In this document: piece by piece, positions 26,890 to 36,784 of the stretch | Numbering within the stretch: position 1 is the first letter of the stretch | Layout: each line of letters begins with the position of its first letter | Virus record (IMG/VR): IMGVR_UViG_3300042268_000564 | Length of the DNA stretch: 64,000 nt | Source: a virus | Lineage: Duplodnaviria > Caudoviricetes | Direction: 5' to 3' (one strand) | Made by a program: the position numbers and the translations under genes | Notes under the pieces: generated by a model | The model's input: only the letters and a program-made list of their open reading frames with translations | What the model was told of the DNA's origin: nothing | Databases searched by the model: none

Positions 26890-28560
26890 ATGGCTGGTCC
26901 TGTAAGAATTACTTTTTTTGATTATACTGATTCTCAAAATCCCGAACAATGTTTTGAGATTTCAGGCCCCAATGGTTATTTCGTTCCCGACGCTAATGGA
27001 AAGCAAGCGATTCTTTATCTTTCTATCTACAAAGCATTGCCAAGCAATCTTGCCAATTTGCAAGTTGAGCAGTCTGGTATTATGGATGACATTGTAAATG
27101 TGCAGGGTGGGAATGACCAGACAGTCGGCGATTATTATTACGACAGTTATGCTTATACTGAAGGTTATGGAGCATCAAATACTGTTTCATTTCCGCAGGC
27201 ATTACTTGTTTTAAAGACAGGTAGAAGCCCATTAGATGAACCTGTATTGGCAGATGCAATTCCTCATATAAACAATATTATTTCGTCAGATGGCTTTATA
27301 TATATGGCTCCGCTGTATTTTGAGACTGTGGCAGTTGAGGAACCCACAGAAATCAGAGTTCTGATGAGCGGAGACAGTATTTTGGGTGATGATTTTGGAT
27401 TCCTAGCGTCTTATACACCTGAAGCAGTGTCAGAAGAGCCGGGTGATTTTACTGTTGAAGAGGTAGCATATTTTGACGATGGCCCAACTTGTTTAGAACC
27501 TGAAAATGCTAATGTTCTTGTAGGGCTGTACACGCCTGAAATGGTTAACGGCGAAGTTGATGTTAATGGGGTCATGGTATATGACGGTGCAAATATTTCT
27601 CAACTTGGTACTGGTTTGGTAGAGGACGGGTCTGGAAATTGTGCCGTGTGGGGAATTAATTATAATACAACAACTAATAAAACCCTTATCGTTGGCGACT
27701 TCGGTGGCGCAAGTGGTGTTGCAAGTGAAGACGTTATTGTGTGGAATGGAAATACTTCTCAATATGAAGCAGTAACTATTAATGGACTTCCCGGTATTCC
27801 TTATGCGTTCCAATATGTATCTATAGAGCATGGGGTTCTTGCCTGTGAGTTTGGTACTAATGGCGAGGCTGTTTTGGAATGGGACGGTAACAATACTCTA
27901 TCAATGGTAGGGGATGCTGTTTATGGATTAAATATCAATTGTGTGGCAAAAGATTTGGCGACAAATGATTACTACATACTGTTGAATCAAAATACCATTA
28001 TGAAATGGGATGCCGCTAGAGGCTGGGAAACTATCTTTAATACGGGAGACGGTGATTTTTATGGCATGACAATTTATAATAGGGTGCTGTATGCCTGTGG
28101 TGACGGGCTTGTTGAGACAGGCTACAACTCTATTAATGATGAGGACGTGCTTGGATTAGCTGGACTTTTGCGAATAGACTTAGCTAGTGGCGACATGGCG
28201 TCTTTTGGCGAGATGTTTGCCGATTTTGGATATGGAAACGAAGCATATGGAAACCGTATGCGAGTGACTGAAGATGGCGTTCTTTATCTGGCAGGTAGTT
28301 TCTCTGAAATATCTCACAATGGAATTACTGTAGTGAGTGGCTCTTTGCAAAAGTATGACATAGCGAATGATACATGGTCAGAAGTTGTGGGTGCTGGCAT
28401 GTCAAATGATTATGATTACTGTCCTGACGTTATTGACGTGGCGTTTGTGGGAAATGATGTGTATTTCTCTGTGTGGGATGTTGGTTATATTGATGGCGTG
28501 GCTACGGAATATGGTGCAGACTACGCTTCTCTGCTTATCAGACTAGCAAACGCATTATAA
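26890..28560 (+). CDS. Large acidic beta-propeller-like protein, possibly virion-associated
   Basis: Repeated YDG/WNG/WDG blades, LIVGDF, LYACGD, LYLAGSF; AAGGAGG RBS. Confidence 0.6.
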   Translation: MAGPVRITFFDYTDSQNPEQCFEISGPNGYFVPDANGKQAILYLSIYKALPSNLANLQVEQSGIMDDIVNVQGGNDQTVGDYYYDSYAYTEGYGASNTVSFPQALLVLKTGRSPLDEPVLADAIPHINNIISSDGFIYMAPLYFETVAVEEPTEIRVLMSGDSILGDDFGFLASYTPEAVSEEPGDFTVEEVAYFDDGPTCLEPENANVLVGLYTPEMVNGEVDVNGVMVYDGANISQLGTGLVEDGSGNCAVWGINYNTTTNKTLIVGDFGGASGVASEDVIVWNGNTSQYEAVTINGLPGIPYAFQYVSIEHGVLACEFGTNGEAVLEWDGNNTLSMVGDAVYGLNINCVAKDLATNDYYILLNQNTIMKWDAARGWETIFNTGDGDFYGMTIYNRVLYACGDGLVETGYNSINDEDVLGLAGLLRIDLASGDMASFGEMFADFGYGNEAYGNRMRVTEDGVLYLAGSFSEISHNGITVVSGSLQKYDIANDTWSEVVGAGMSNDYDYCPDVIDVAFVGNDVYFSVWDVGYIDGVATEYGADYASLLIRLANAL

Positions 28561-28570
28561 GGAGGTAGAT

Positions 28571-28840
28571 ATGAATATTCAAGAAATAAGAACTGTAATG
28601 TTCGACAAAGTTAATGCACTTTTGGTTGACGACTCGATAAAAGCAAAAATGCATCTAACAGTTACAGGGGTGTGTGAAAAAATGGCTGGACTTGATTTTG
28701 AAGCAACGTCTGTATCTTATAACGGGAAAAGTGCGATAAAAATTACTTTCTCTACCAGTTTCGTGAAAGTAATTCAAGTTCTCGCAAAAAAGATTAAGCT
28801 TATTTCAGCTCTCGAAGGAAATAATCTTTACATTTTTTAA
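28571..28840 (+). CDS. Hypothetical protein
   Basis: 89 aa, AGGAGG RBS. Confidence 0.7.
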   Translation: MNIQEIRTVMFDKVNALLVDDSIKAKMHLTVTGVCEKMAGLDFEATSVSYNGKSAIKITFSTSFVKVIQVLAKKIKLISALEGNNLYIF

Positions 28841-28861
28841 GCTTAAAAATGTGCCTTTTTG

Positions 28862-28901
28862 ACAAAGCCCTGACGGGCACCCGTCAGGGCTTTGTTTTTT
28901 T
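28862..28901 (+). terminator. Intrinsic terminator
   Basis: ACAAAGCCCTGACGGG / CCCGTCAGGGCTTTGT plus T-run. Confidence 0.85.
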
Positions 28902-29045
28902 AAAGTATTTAATAAGCCGTCAAGAAATTTATGTTTTTCTTAATGAGATATCTTGCGACGACCTGAAATTTTGGATTGGCTTAAAAATGTTTCGTTAAGG
29001 CAATATATTATTGCCTTAAAATTTAAAAAAACAGGAGAAAATGAA

Positions 29046-29312
29046 ATGGCAAGCAGTGATGTTCTAAGTTTCAAAAACGCAATGCTGGCGAAAGCCAGTA
29101 GCTTGTACTCCGGCGCAAGACTGGCAAGCAAAACAAAAATAATTGATGATGCTTGTTCTTATCTTGGCGAAAAAGACGCAGACAATGCCGTTACTTTTGG
29201 TAGCGGGATAATTGATTTCGACAATAGACCCAGTATGAGTTTGTTTGTTCGAGGTCTTGGCGACATTCTTAACGTGAGTAGCGTACAGTTAAGAGTATCT
29301 ATCAAGGAGTAA
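29046..29312 (+). CDS. Hypothetical protein
   Basis: Start MASSD behind AGGAG. Confidence 0.65.
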   Translation: MASSDVLSFKNAMLAKASSLYSGARLASKTKIIDDACSYLGEKDADNAVTFGSGIIDFDNRPSMSLFVRGLGDILNVSSVQLRVSIKE

Positions 29313-29318
29313 AACAAA

Positions 29319-30545
29319 ATGGCTGAAATTTATGTAGACGAAAACGGGTATATTGTTAATGTTGGTGGCGGATTAGTGGAGAGTGCCGCAGCAGCACCCA
29401 GCCAGCCAGTTGGCGAAGGTGTGGCGGTTGGTTTTTCTATGCTGGATAATTCCGAAGATGATGCAATTGCTCACATCCTTAAAACTACTCTTGACGGAAC
29501 TAAGATGATTACTTGTGTTGAAAGCTCAGACGCTTCTCAAGCATTGGGCTTCTGGAATCCTGATACTGATACCTTCACGTCTATGGCGGGTGGACATGCT
29601 GACCCTTGGGTTTGGGTATGGGATGTTGCTGAAGACGCAGATAAAATATATCTTTTTGGCTATGTGTGGAGCTTGATACCTCTTGGTGGCGGCACGCCGA
29701 TAGAGTGCGATGGTATCGCCGTTTACGACAAAGCGACAAACGATTGGGATGCAGTTCAGCCAATGGGTGTTAATGCAAACTTATATCATGGGCAATATAT
29801 TTTTGTGAACGAAAACGGAATCAAAAGAGTGTATTTTCCAGAAGTCAACCCTGATAATCAACAGCCTGACTATTTGGCTTATTGGGACTTTAACACTGGC
29901 ACAAGAGGTTACGCTACTGGCACTAGCACAGTATTCGGTGATTCAATTGTTAAGTCTGGTGATTATATCTATGGTTATTACTCAAATGTCAGCATAGGCA
30001 ATACTTTTACAGGCAACGTGTATAAGTATGACATAATCAATGATACAATATCGCTTGATGGAAATGTGCCGCCGCTCGTGTCGCCATATACGACTGAGAC
30101 AGGCTGGAAACGTCCACCAAATGGCGGCAGAATCAATTTTGCCCACAATGGACAAATTTGTTTTGCGAACATAGTAAATATGAGCGACCCGTCTGGCAAC
30201 TACGTGACAAATCCTTGGACGTGGGATTCAGAGAATCATATATATGGTGGATTTCTTGGCGTCGACTCTACTCATCCATACGGATGGCTTCTTGACGGGG
30301 GGAGCGGCCTAAGTGATATCTTGACATTTTCCGTCGATAGCCAACCACTTATATCAAGTAATAATAATCTTAATGTGTATAAACTGGTAGAAGGTGAATG
30401 GACGAAAGCCCTCAATGACGATTTTGACCCTGACTGGTTCTGGGGCATTTACGGAGCAACAAAATTTGGGCAAGACTATTATTTTGCTGGCTATATCTAT
30501 CGTTATAAAGGACAGGTAGCTAATGTTGTAAAAGTGAAAATATAA
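29319..30545 (+). CDS. Beta-propeller-like protein, possibly virion-associated
   Basis: 408 aa, D/N/G/Y/W-rich repeated blades; AAGGAG RBS. Confidence 0.6.
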   Translation: MAEIYVDENGYIVNVGGGLVESAAAAPSQPVGEGVAVGFSMLDNSEDDAIAHILKTTLDGTKMITCVESSDASQALGFWNPDTDTFTSMAGGHADPWVWVWDVAEDADKIYLFGYVWSLIPLGGGTPIECDGIAVYDKATNDWDAVQPMGVNANLYHGQYIFVNENGIKRVYFPEVNPDNQQPDYLAYWDFNTGTRGYATGTSTVFGDSIVKSGDYIYGYYSNVSIGNTFTGNVYKYDIINDTISLDGNVPPLVSPYTTETGWKRPPNGGRINFAHNGQICFANIVNMSDPSGNYVTNPWTWDSENHIYGGFLGVDSTHPYGWLLDGGSGLSDILTFSVDSQPLISSNNNLNVYKLVEGEWTKALNDDFDPDWFWGIYGATKFGQDYYFAGYIYRYKGQVANVVKVKI

Positions 30546-30570
30546 AAATATTATTTACAGTGAATCAATG

Positions 30571-30599
30571 AGAGAGGGGAATACCTCCCCTCTCTTTTT
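30571..30599 (+). terminator. Intrinsic terminator
   Basis: GAGAGGGGA / TCCCCTCTC plus T-run. Confidence 0.75.
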
Positions 30600-30601
30600 A
30601 T

Positions 30602-30629
30602 TTGACAATTTCCTTTTGCTCTATACAAT
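30602..30629 (+). promoter_or_regulatory. Promoter TTGACA-N16-TACAAT
   Basis: Hexamers read directly. Confidence 0.7.
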
Positions 30630-30647
30630 ATATGCAAAGGAAAAAAT

Positions 30648-31187
30648 ATGCAAAGCGATAAAAATTTAAGTAAATATCTGAGTCTTATACTTCGACACGC
30701 ACCTGAGCAAATCGGGTTAAACCTTGATTCAGAGGGTTGGGGCAACGTTGATTTTATTGTGGGGAAAGTTGTTGGGCTTACCAGAGAGCGGTTGGAAAAG
30801 ATAGTGGCAGAGGATAATAAGCAACGTTATTCTTTTAATAAAGACCGTACAATGATTCGAGCCAATCAAGGGCATAGTGTTGCTGTTGACTTGAAGCTGG
30901 AACCAGTTGAACCGCCAGTGTGGCTTTTTCATGGCACTGCCGCAAGAAATGTTAAGAACATCGTTACGCATGGACTCAAGAAAATGAGTCGCCAACATGT
31001 TCATTTAAGTGCGGACGAAGAAACAGCCTACAAAGTGGGTGCAAGACATGGAAATCCTGTTGTATTTCACATTCCTGCAAAAGTGATGCACATGCAGGGA
31101 CATAAATTTTATTTGTCGAAAAATGGCGTCTGGCTGGCAGAATCAATCCCGTCAGAATATTTGCAGAAAATAGTTTATTCGATTTAG
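30648..31187 (+). CDS. kptA: RNA 2'-phosphotransferase (Tpt1/KptA family)
   Basis: LSKYLSLILRH, DNKQRY, IRANQGHS, LFHGT, MSRQHVHLS, NGVWL. Confidence 0.95.
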   Translation: MQSDKNLSKYLSLILRHAPEQIGLNLDSEGWGNVDFIVGKVVGLTRERLEKIVAEDNKQRYSFNKDRTMIRANQGHSVAVDLKLEPVEPPVWLFHGTAARNVKNIVTHGLKKMSRQHVHLSADEETAYKVGARHGNPVVFHIPAKVMHMQGHKFYLSKNGVWLAESIPSEYLQKIVYSI

Positions 31188-31193
31188 GAGGGT

Positions 31194-31565
31194 TTGATGG
31201 CAGATTCTGATTTTGTTAGAGAATTTAATTATCGTCTTGTCAAAGCTTGTGATTGTCAATTTACGCCAGAGTACATAGACGAATATGGCACTTGTATGAC
31301 AGGTAACGATGGTGTGCTATATTGCATAAAGTGTGATAAGGCTTGGAAGAAAGAGTCTATCCCTGATGTTAAAGCGAATATAGATGATTTTATTGCTGGC
31401 AAACAGTATGATAAAGTTAAAGATAGGTTTATTGACGCTTTGCAGGATAATTTTCTGGTGGATATAAAAATGCGGCCTCTCAGGGAAGTAAATAATCTTG
31501 TAGAAACAAATATTGATGCTTTCGCCAAAAGGATAATAAAAGATTATTGTGAGGCAAATAAATGA
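31194..31565 (+). CDS. Hypothetical protein
   Basis: 123 aa, AGGAGG RBS. Confidence 0.7.
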   Translation: MMADSDFVREFNYRLVKACDCQFTPEYIDEYGTCMTGNDGVLYCIKCDKAWKKESIPDVKANIDDFIAGKQYDKVKDRFIDALQDNFLVDIKMRPLREVNNLVETNIDAFAKRIIKDYCEANK

Positions 31566-32107
31566 GCGAAACAAAGCGACCTGTTATTTTAATCCATGAA
31601 TCTTTTTTTGGGGCTGACCGCTCACATCCTTACACAATTTCATCTTTTATTCGAGAACTGCAATCTGTTGCTTCCTTATTCATCATTATTGTTGGTGAGG
31701 GATTTGGGAAGAGCGAGGTAGAATCTGCTTTTCATCGAGATTCTAAATGTTTATACAGAATAAGTCACGTCAAAGAATCAAGTTTTGATTTGAGACCAGA
31801 ATTTGTCGAGTATTTTTCAAAGGCTTCTAATATTAATTTTTCCCGTTACATGACAGTTACAACCAAAAGAACTGCTGGAACAAAGAATAATATCGTATTG
31901 CCGATTAAAGCTACGGATGCGCAGGTTACAAAATTCATAAAAAGAATTTTGAAATTTTACAACATTCTATTCAAGACGAAAGATTGTTCTGAGTGCTTAG
32001 GTACTGGCAAGCAAATTGAATATGACGCTTGTGGCTGCGAAGATACTAAATACACCTGCAATAGTTGCGGCGGACAAGGAAAGGTGGCTTACTATGAGCT
32101 TGCTTGA
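31562..32107 (+). CDS. Hypothetical protein with C-terminal DnaJ-type Zn finger
   Basis: CSECLGTG...CNSCGGQG. Confidence 0.65.
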   Translation: MSETKRPVILIHESFFGADRSHPYTISSFIRELQSVASLFIIIVGEGFGKSEVESAFHRDSKCLYRISHVKESSFDLRPEFVEYFSKASNINFSRYMTVTTKRTAGTKNNIVLPIKATDAQVTKFIKRILKFYNILFKTKDCSECLGTGKQIEYDACGCEDTKYTCNSCGGQGKVAYYELA

Positions 32108-32489
32108 TAAAGCCAAATATTACAGCTTAATAGAAACAATTAAAGCTGGCGATGCAGCAAGAAAAGAATTTGAAGAGCTTGTAGTGGAAAAGGCTGACCA
32201 AGCCTATCTTGTAAATGGTTGTTCTGATTCTTTCAGTTTGCACGAATTTAACTTTTCCCAACAAGATGATGTTTGGCGAGTTCAGTTCACTTATTCAATA
32301 AGTGGTGGGGACTATGATTCGATTTCATTTACTGTCGATGAATTTTTTGATACAGATTTTTCCGAAAAAGCTGAAAAACGTTTACAGGAAATAAATAGAC
32401 GAGACGAAAAGCTAAGACTCCTTCGAGAAGCAGCGGAACGAGCACAACTTGCAAAGTTAAAGGCGAAATATGAGCAGAAAGCCGACTGA
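32094..32489 (+). CDS. Hypothetical protein
   Basis: Start MSLLDK; coiled C-terminus. Confidence 0.65.
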   Translation: MSLLDKAKYYSLIETIKAGDAARKEFEELVVEKADQAYLVNGCSDSFSLHEFNFSQQDDVWRVQFTYSISGGDYDSISFTVDEFFDTDFSEKAEKRLQEINRRDEKLRLLREAAERAQLAKLKAKYEQKAD

Positions 32490-32748
32490 GTTTTTTCAGG
32501 ATAAATTTTATGCCCCAATGCTGTTTGCTAGTGTCAGAGAAGTTAAACGGGCAAAAAGCAAGCGTAAGCGGCAATGTTTTAAATGTGGCGACTATATCCA
32601 GAAGGATGAGGTCTATGTGATTCATCAATACCGATATGATAAAACCATTTTAGCTGCATATTTTCATGATGATTGTTACCATGAGGTTGTTGTAGCCAGC
32701 CCCGTAGAAGACAATAAGCAGATTGAACAAATTGTCTTGACAATGTGA
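32470..32748 (+). CDS. Hypothetical Zn-binding protein
   Basis: CFKCG...HDDC. Confidence 0.6.
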   Translation: MSRKPTEFFQDKFYAPMLFASVREVKRAKSKRKRQCFKCGDYIQKDEVYVIHQYRYDKTILAAYFHDDCYHEVVVASPVEDNKQIEQIVLTM

Positions 32749-32764
32749 AGCCTCTATTTATAAT
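32737..32764 (+). promoter_or_regulatory. Promoter TTGACA-N16-TATAAT
   Basis: Perfect hexamers. Confidence 0.8.
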
Positions 32765-32775
32765 AAAGATACGAG

Positions 32776-33117
32776 GTGAAATACATGGAATTTCTATCGG
32801 CAATGTCGAATGCAGAGAATGTTGTAAAGAATAAGAATCAAATTCTTAAGGCAATGATGCTGTTTGACCGACACGTTCAGGACGACTTGAAAGCGTCAGC
32901 AAAAATAAATGGTGTTGTTGCCTTTTTAAACTGCCGTGACAATGTTTTAACGCTTGGTGTTGAGGCTACAACCCTTGTGGGGCTTAACGAGTTTCTAGTG
33001 ATTGACGTAAACATTGTAGCCACGGAGAGCGAAGCCAAGAACAACGAAATGGCAGATGGAACTCCTGTAAGGAAATACATTAATGCTGGTGGAGGAGCTT
33101 GGTGGAAAAGACGATGA
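32776..33117 (+). CDS. Hypothetical protein
   Basis: ORF directly after the promoter. Confidence 0.65.
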   Translation: MKYMEFLSAMSNAENVVKNKNQILKAMMLFDRHVQDDLKASAKINGVVAFLNCRDNVLTLGVEATTLVGLNEFLVIDVNIVATESEAKNNEMADGTPVRKYINAGGGAWWKRR

Positions 33118-33425
33118 AGCCCACGCCAGAAGAAAATTACTTGCTTGAGGCAATATTTGCTGCGAGGCAGGTACAAGACTTTCTTTGGGGCAAACATAAT
33201 AAAGCTTGGACACTCGAAGAATGGAAAAGGATGTTTCGCAAACGATGGGTAAAGATAGATGACATTGATGAGTCTAACCCTCATTGCTTGATAGAACTTA
33301 AAAAACGTGTCTTGCAAAATGCAGCCTTGAGCATAGCCTTACTCTCAGCGATTGAGAATGGTCTACCCCAAGATTGTGACGTGCCAACAAATTTGGCTGA
33401 ATATTCGGAAAGGACGGATGAATAA
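33114..33425 (+). CDS. Hypothetical helical protein
   Basis: ATGA-coupled; ELKKRVLQNAALSIALL. Confidence 0.65.
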   Translation: MKPTPEENYLLEAIFAARQVQDFLWGKHNKAWTLEEWKRMFRKRWVKIDDIDESNPHCLIELKKRVLQNAALSIALLSAIENGLPQDCDVPTNLAEYSERTDE

Positions 33426-33780
33426 TATGATTTACTGGTTTATGGTTTTCGGATTAATGTTTGCGGCGTATGAAACCGCAATGATAATTGCGACCTTGAA
33501 ATATGCCCCCTATAAGATTAGAGGGGCAGAAGTCAGAATCATCGAAGAAATAACGATGGCAGATAACGAGACACAAAAATCAATTTATTACATTGAAGCT
33601 CAACATCCTTTATTCAAGCTAGTCTGGATACCTTGTAGCGCAGCCAGCATTGTTCTGTCCGATAAAAAATACTATGATAGTATTGAAGAAGCGCAAAGAG
33701 TGGTGGACTCTTGGAAGTCCGCACGGGAAGCTCTTAATAATATTAAGACGGTTAAAAAGGTGGTAAAGAGTGAGCCTTGA
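33418..33780 (+). CDS. Hypothetical membrane-anchored protein
   Basis: N-terminal hydrophobic helix. Confidence 0.6.
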   Translation: MNNMIYWFMVFGLMFAAYETAMIIATLKYAPYKIRGAEVRIIEEITMADNETQKSIYYIEAQHPLFKLVWIPCSAASIVLSDKKYYDSIEEAQRVVDSWKSAREALNNIKTVKKVVKSEP

Positions 33781-34105
33781 TACACCAAGACCAATAATTG
33801 CAGAGATTTACTATGCAGCCAATTGCCCTACCTGTCAAGGTTATGACTACAATCGTTTGATATGGTTCAATAATCTCAGGGCAGTATGTGAGCACATTGT
33901 GCGTGGTTGTGAAAATAACGAAAAGATTGGCAACCTTTGGAATCCTGAGACTCATGAATCAATCTCTGACATTAAAATAAAATATACATTTGCTCGGCAC
34001 TGTGTTGGGGAAGTTCTCATCGAAGCCGACGATGTAAAGATTCGGGTTATTCGAGACCCATATAAAGAGCACAAATACAAGATGGTGATAGAAAATGCTT
34101 TTTAA
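33770..34105 (+). CDS. Hypothetical protein
   Basis: 111 aa in operon. Confidence 0.55.
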   Translation: MSLDTPRPIIAEIYYAANCPTCQGYDYNRLIWFNNLRAVCEHIVRGCENNEKIGNLWNPETHESISDIKIKYTFARHCVGEVLIEADDVKIRVIRDPYKEHKYKMVIENAF

Positions 34106-34316
34106 AAATAGAAAATTGACACCTGCTGATTTCTTGATGGAAAAATGCATAATGGAACATCGTAACGCTGGGCTTGAGGAATACAAAGAGCTTTGCGAAA
34201 AGATGTGGGAAACGATTAATAGAACTCATACCGTGGTGAATGTTTTCCGCAATCATAAAGAACCTGCCCTGCAAGAAATGGGCAAAGCCATGTGGAAGGA
34301 CATATTCGGCGAATGA
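34095..34316 (+). CDS. Hypothetical protein
   Basis: 73 aa in operon. Confidence 0.6.
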   Translation: MLFKNRKLTPADFLMEKCIMEHRNAGLEEYKELCEKMWETINRTHTVVNVFRNHKEPALQEMGKAMWKDIFGE

Positions 34317-34600
34317 TTTGTTTAAGGTGCGGTCACTGTTGTAAGCACTATGCTGTTGTTGTCGTCAAAGACTCGGAGAAAGGGATTTCAGAAGATAACC
34401 TCATAGCTAGACCCGGCGATGGAACGCCTTGCCCTCATTTGCGAGGTGATAAGCCCGGTGATTATTCCTGTGCTATTCACGAGAAGGAGTGGTATAAAGA
34501 AACGCCATGTTTTGCTCATGGTCAAATAGAGTCGAGAAGCACTAATTGTCGGCTTGGAGAGTTTATTCTTAAGAAGCGAAAAGATGAAAATGGACATTAA
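34313..34600 (+). CDS. YkgJ-like Cys-cluster (Zn/Fe-binding) protein
   Basis: CLRCGHCC, PCPHL, CAIHE, PC. Confidence 0.7.
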   Translation: MICLRCGHCCKHYAVVVVKDSEKGISEDNLIARPGDGTPCPHLRGDKPGDYSCAIHEKEWYKETPCFAHGQIESRSTNCRLGEFILKKRKDENGH

Positions 34601-35138
34601 TATTACAAGATTAAGGCTGATGCACAATGTTTTTCTTTTGGAGAAATACGACAGAAGCATCCGGGATTTTGTTGAGGATGGCATTGATTTTTATGTATTT
34701 TATAGCCAGTCTTATCAGCGCATTATTGAGAAGCTGAAGCCAATCGTGATGGCAAAAGACTTAGACAGTTTAAAGCCCAATGTAATTATTGCGCTTGACG
34801 AGCTGGCAAAAAATCCTGTTTTTGATACCAACTATAATGAGCCTTTTATGTTTTATAAATCGCTCATTCAGCATTTCGAGGACATTCTGACAGATGAATG
34901 CCTACATGAGTTATCAGGTGATGGTGGTTTTGCCAGTTGTAAAAAAAGTTGCGGAAAATATGACTTTGGCTGGCATTGCAAAGATAGCCCCGACAAACAG
35001 TGCCATTACTATGCTTTTGATTATGACGACAAGACAGGCATTTTGCTTGCGAATGGGCAGGTTCATGAACTGAAACCACGGAAATGTGAATCATCGGATT
35101 CTTGTTATTTCTGTTGTGAACCAAGTGAGAAAAAATAG
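34584..35138 (+). CDS. Hypothetical protein with Cys-rich C-terminus
   Basis: GWHCKDSPDKQCHY...CYFCCEP. Confidence 0.65.
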   Translation: MKMDINITRLRLMHNVFLLEKYDRSIRDFVEDGIDFYVFYSQSYQRIIEKLKPIVMAKDLDSLKPNVIIALDELAKNPVFDTNYNEPFMFYKSLIQHFEDILTDECLHELSGDGGFASCKKSCGKYDFGWHCKDSPDKQCHYYAFDYDDKTGILLANGQVHELKPRKCESSDSCYFCCEPSEKK

Positions 35139-35160
35139 GTGTCTTTAAAGACACCTATTT
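35133..35160. terminator. Perfect palindrome between convergent genes, likely bidirectional terminator
   Basis: AAATAGGTGTCTTT / AAAGACACCTATTT. Confidence 0.7.
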
Positions 35161-35176
35161 AAAATAATTGAAACGT

Positions 35177-35650
35177 TTATTGCTCTACAACTGTTCCAGA
35201 GAACGTAACATTAGAAATGCTGCAACTTATGGCTGCGCCAGCCAGTGGATTAGTTTTATAAGAGCCGGAGATGTTACAGTTTTCAATAGTGACATCTTGG
35301 AAAGTTGCTTTTGATGCATGACCAAACAGGCCGTTAAATGCCAAGCCTTTCCTGTCAAAAAACAGAGCCTGAATTTTTTTCCCATTCCCAAGCAATTCAC
35401 CTGTAAACGGGCTATCTGACGACCCAATCGGTATCCATCCCGTCGCAATTACTTCGGCTGAGTAAGCCTCACTGACGCCAGGAGCCGCCGGAGGGGCGTT
35501 TTCGAAAATTTGGTTCTCTGCAAATTGAGAAAGGTTTATGTCTTGCATCAAAATATATGACGCAGACAAATTATTACGGATGTAGTTAAACTGGTCAGCG
35601 TTAAAGACCTGATAAGGATTGTTTTTAGAGCCATCGCCGTAAGTAAACAT
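35177..35650 (-). CDS. GLUG-associated beta-helix protein (short)
   Basis: GDGSKNNPYQV, YILMQDINL, GWIPIG..PFTG. Confidence 0.7.
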   Translation of the reverse strand: MFTYGDGSKNNPYQVFNADQFNYIRNNLSASYILMQDINLSQFAENQIFENAPPAAPGVSEAYSAEVIATGWIPIGSSDSPFTGELLGNGKKIQALFFDRKGLAFNGLFGHASKATFQDVTIENCNISGSYKTNPLAGAAISCSISNVTFSGTVVEQ

Positions 35651-35670
35651 ATTTATACCACCTCTTTATT

Positions 35671-36669
35671 TTATCTCAATAAAGGATAAGTAACGTTTTC
35701 TTGAATTTGCCAAACGTCTACAAAATCCCAGCCAGAGTATGTGCTTTGTTGTTTCATTTCAGAAGTTGTTTTTGCAATGCCGAGCAATGAGCTTGTTACT
35801 CCAGTTGCTTGGCTGTCCCAGAAATTGTTGCTGCCTGTGCCACCGGGCGCATAAGAACAAATGCCACTTGGTTGGCTGTTGTCAAGTTTTGTGCTTGTGA
35901 CTACTGCAATACTGTAACAATTATTTATAGAGCCATAACTGTCGGTTATTGCTGAGATGCCAGCACAGTAAGAGTTATATCCATTACTGACAGTTCCCCC
36001 TGACCAGCAGTTAGAGACAGATGTGCGTCCGACCCCAACGATTCCGCCAGTGAACCATCCGCCAGTAATGTTTGCTGTAGAATAGCACATTGTAATAGCA
36101 CAGCCGTTGCTGGCGATTATATCGCCAGATGTACCAGCGATACCACCCGTATACCATCCGCCAGCAATATTGCCAGTAACATAGCAATTATGAACTATAC
36201 AGTTAACTGTTGAGTTGCTGCCAAGTATGCCGCCTGTTGCATTGGCGCCAGTCACATTAATGTCAGTCAGTGCAAGATTAGAAATGTTAGAATTGCCAGC
36301 ATTCCCGAAAAAGCCGACATTGGCTGTTGTTCTGTTAATGAATAAATTTTTTACTGTATGGTGTTGCCCATTAAAGGTGCCTTGGAACGAGTTTGCTGCA
36401 TCACCTATAGGAAGCCAGCCTTCACCTGCCGTCCAAAGAGTTTTGTTTGTAAGGTTCACATAGTCAGCGTCATTGTTAAAATCCAAGTCATTCATCAAGT
36501 AATAATTGCCAGTTAAGTTGTTTCTAATATTGTAGAGGTCGTCTAATGTATATATTAAGATTGCGTCTGGGGGCAAAGGCTCGGCTTCGTTAGGCTTACC
36601 GACTAGAAAGCCATCGGGTGTAGCGAAGATATTGCCAAGCCCATCAGACCATACGGTTATGTCTGTCAT
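35671..36669 (-). CDS. GLUG-motif beta-helix protein, possibly virion surface
   Basis: GWLPIG..FQGTFNG, repeated TGGILG/TGGIAG/TGGIVG, KTTSEMKQQSTYSGWDF..W..YPLL. Confidence 0.75.
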   Translation of the reverse strand: MTDITVWSDGLGNIFATPDGFLVGKPNEAEPLPPDAILIYTLDDLYNIRNNLTGNYYLMNDLDFNNDADYVNLTNKTLWTAGEGWLPIGDAANSFQGTFNGQHHTVKNLFINRTTANVGFFGNAGNSNISNLALTDINVTGANATGGILGSNSTVNCIVHNCYVTGNIAGGWYTGGIAGTSGDIIASNGCAITMCYSTANITGGWFTGGIVGVGRTSVSNCWSGGTVSNGYNSYCAGISAITDSYGSINNCYSIAVVTSTKLDNSQPSGICSYAPGGTGSNNFWDSQATGVTSSLLGIAKTTSEMKQQSTYSGWDFVDVWQIQENVTYPLLR

Positions 36670-36750
36670 AAAAATCTCCTTTATTTTTTACAATTTAGAA
36701 AGAGGGCATACTCGCAGGGTAAAAATATTATCCCTCTCTTTAAGACTTTA

Positions 36751-36778
36751 TTGACAAGAATAAACGAGTTTATATAAT
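36751..36778 (+). promoter_or_regulatory. Promoter TTGACA-N16-TATAAT (leaderless start at 36785)
   Basis: Perfect hexamers; ATG 6 nt downstream. Confidence 0.8.
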
Positions 36779-36784
36779 AGATAT

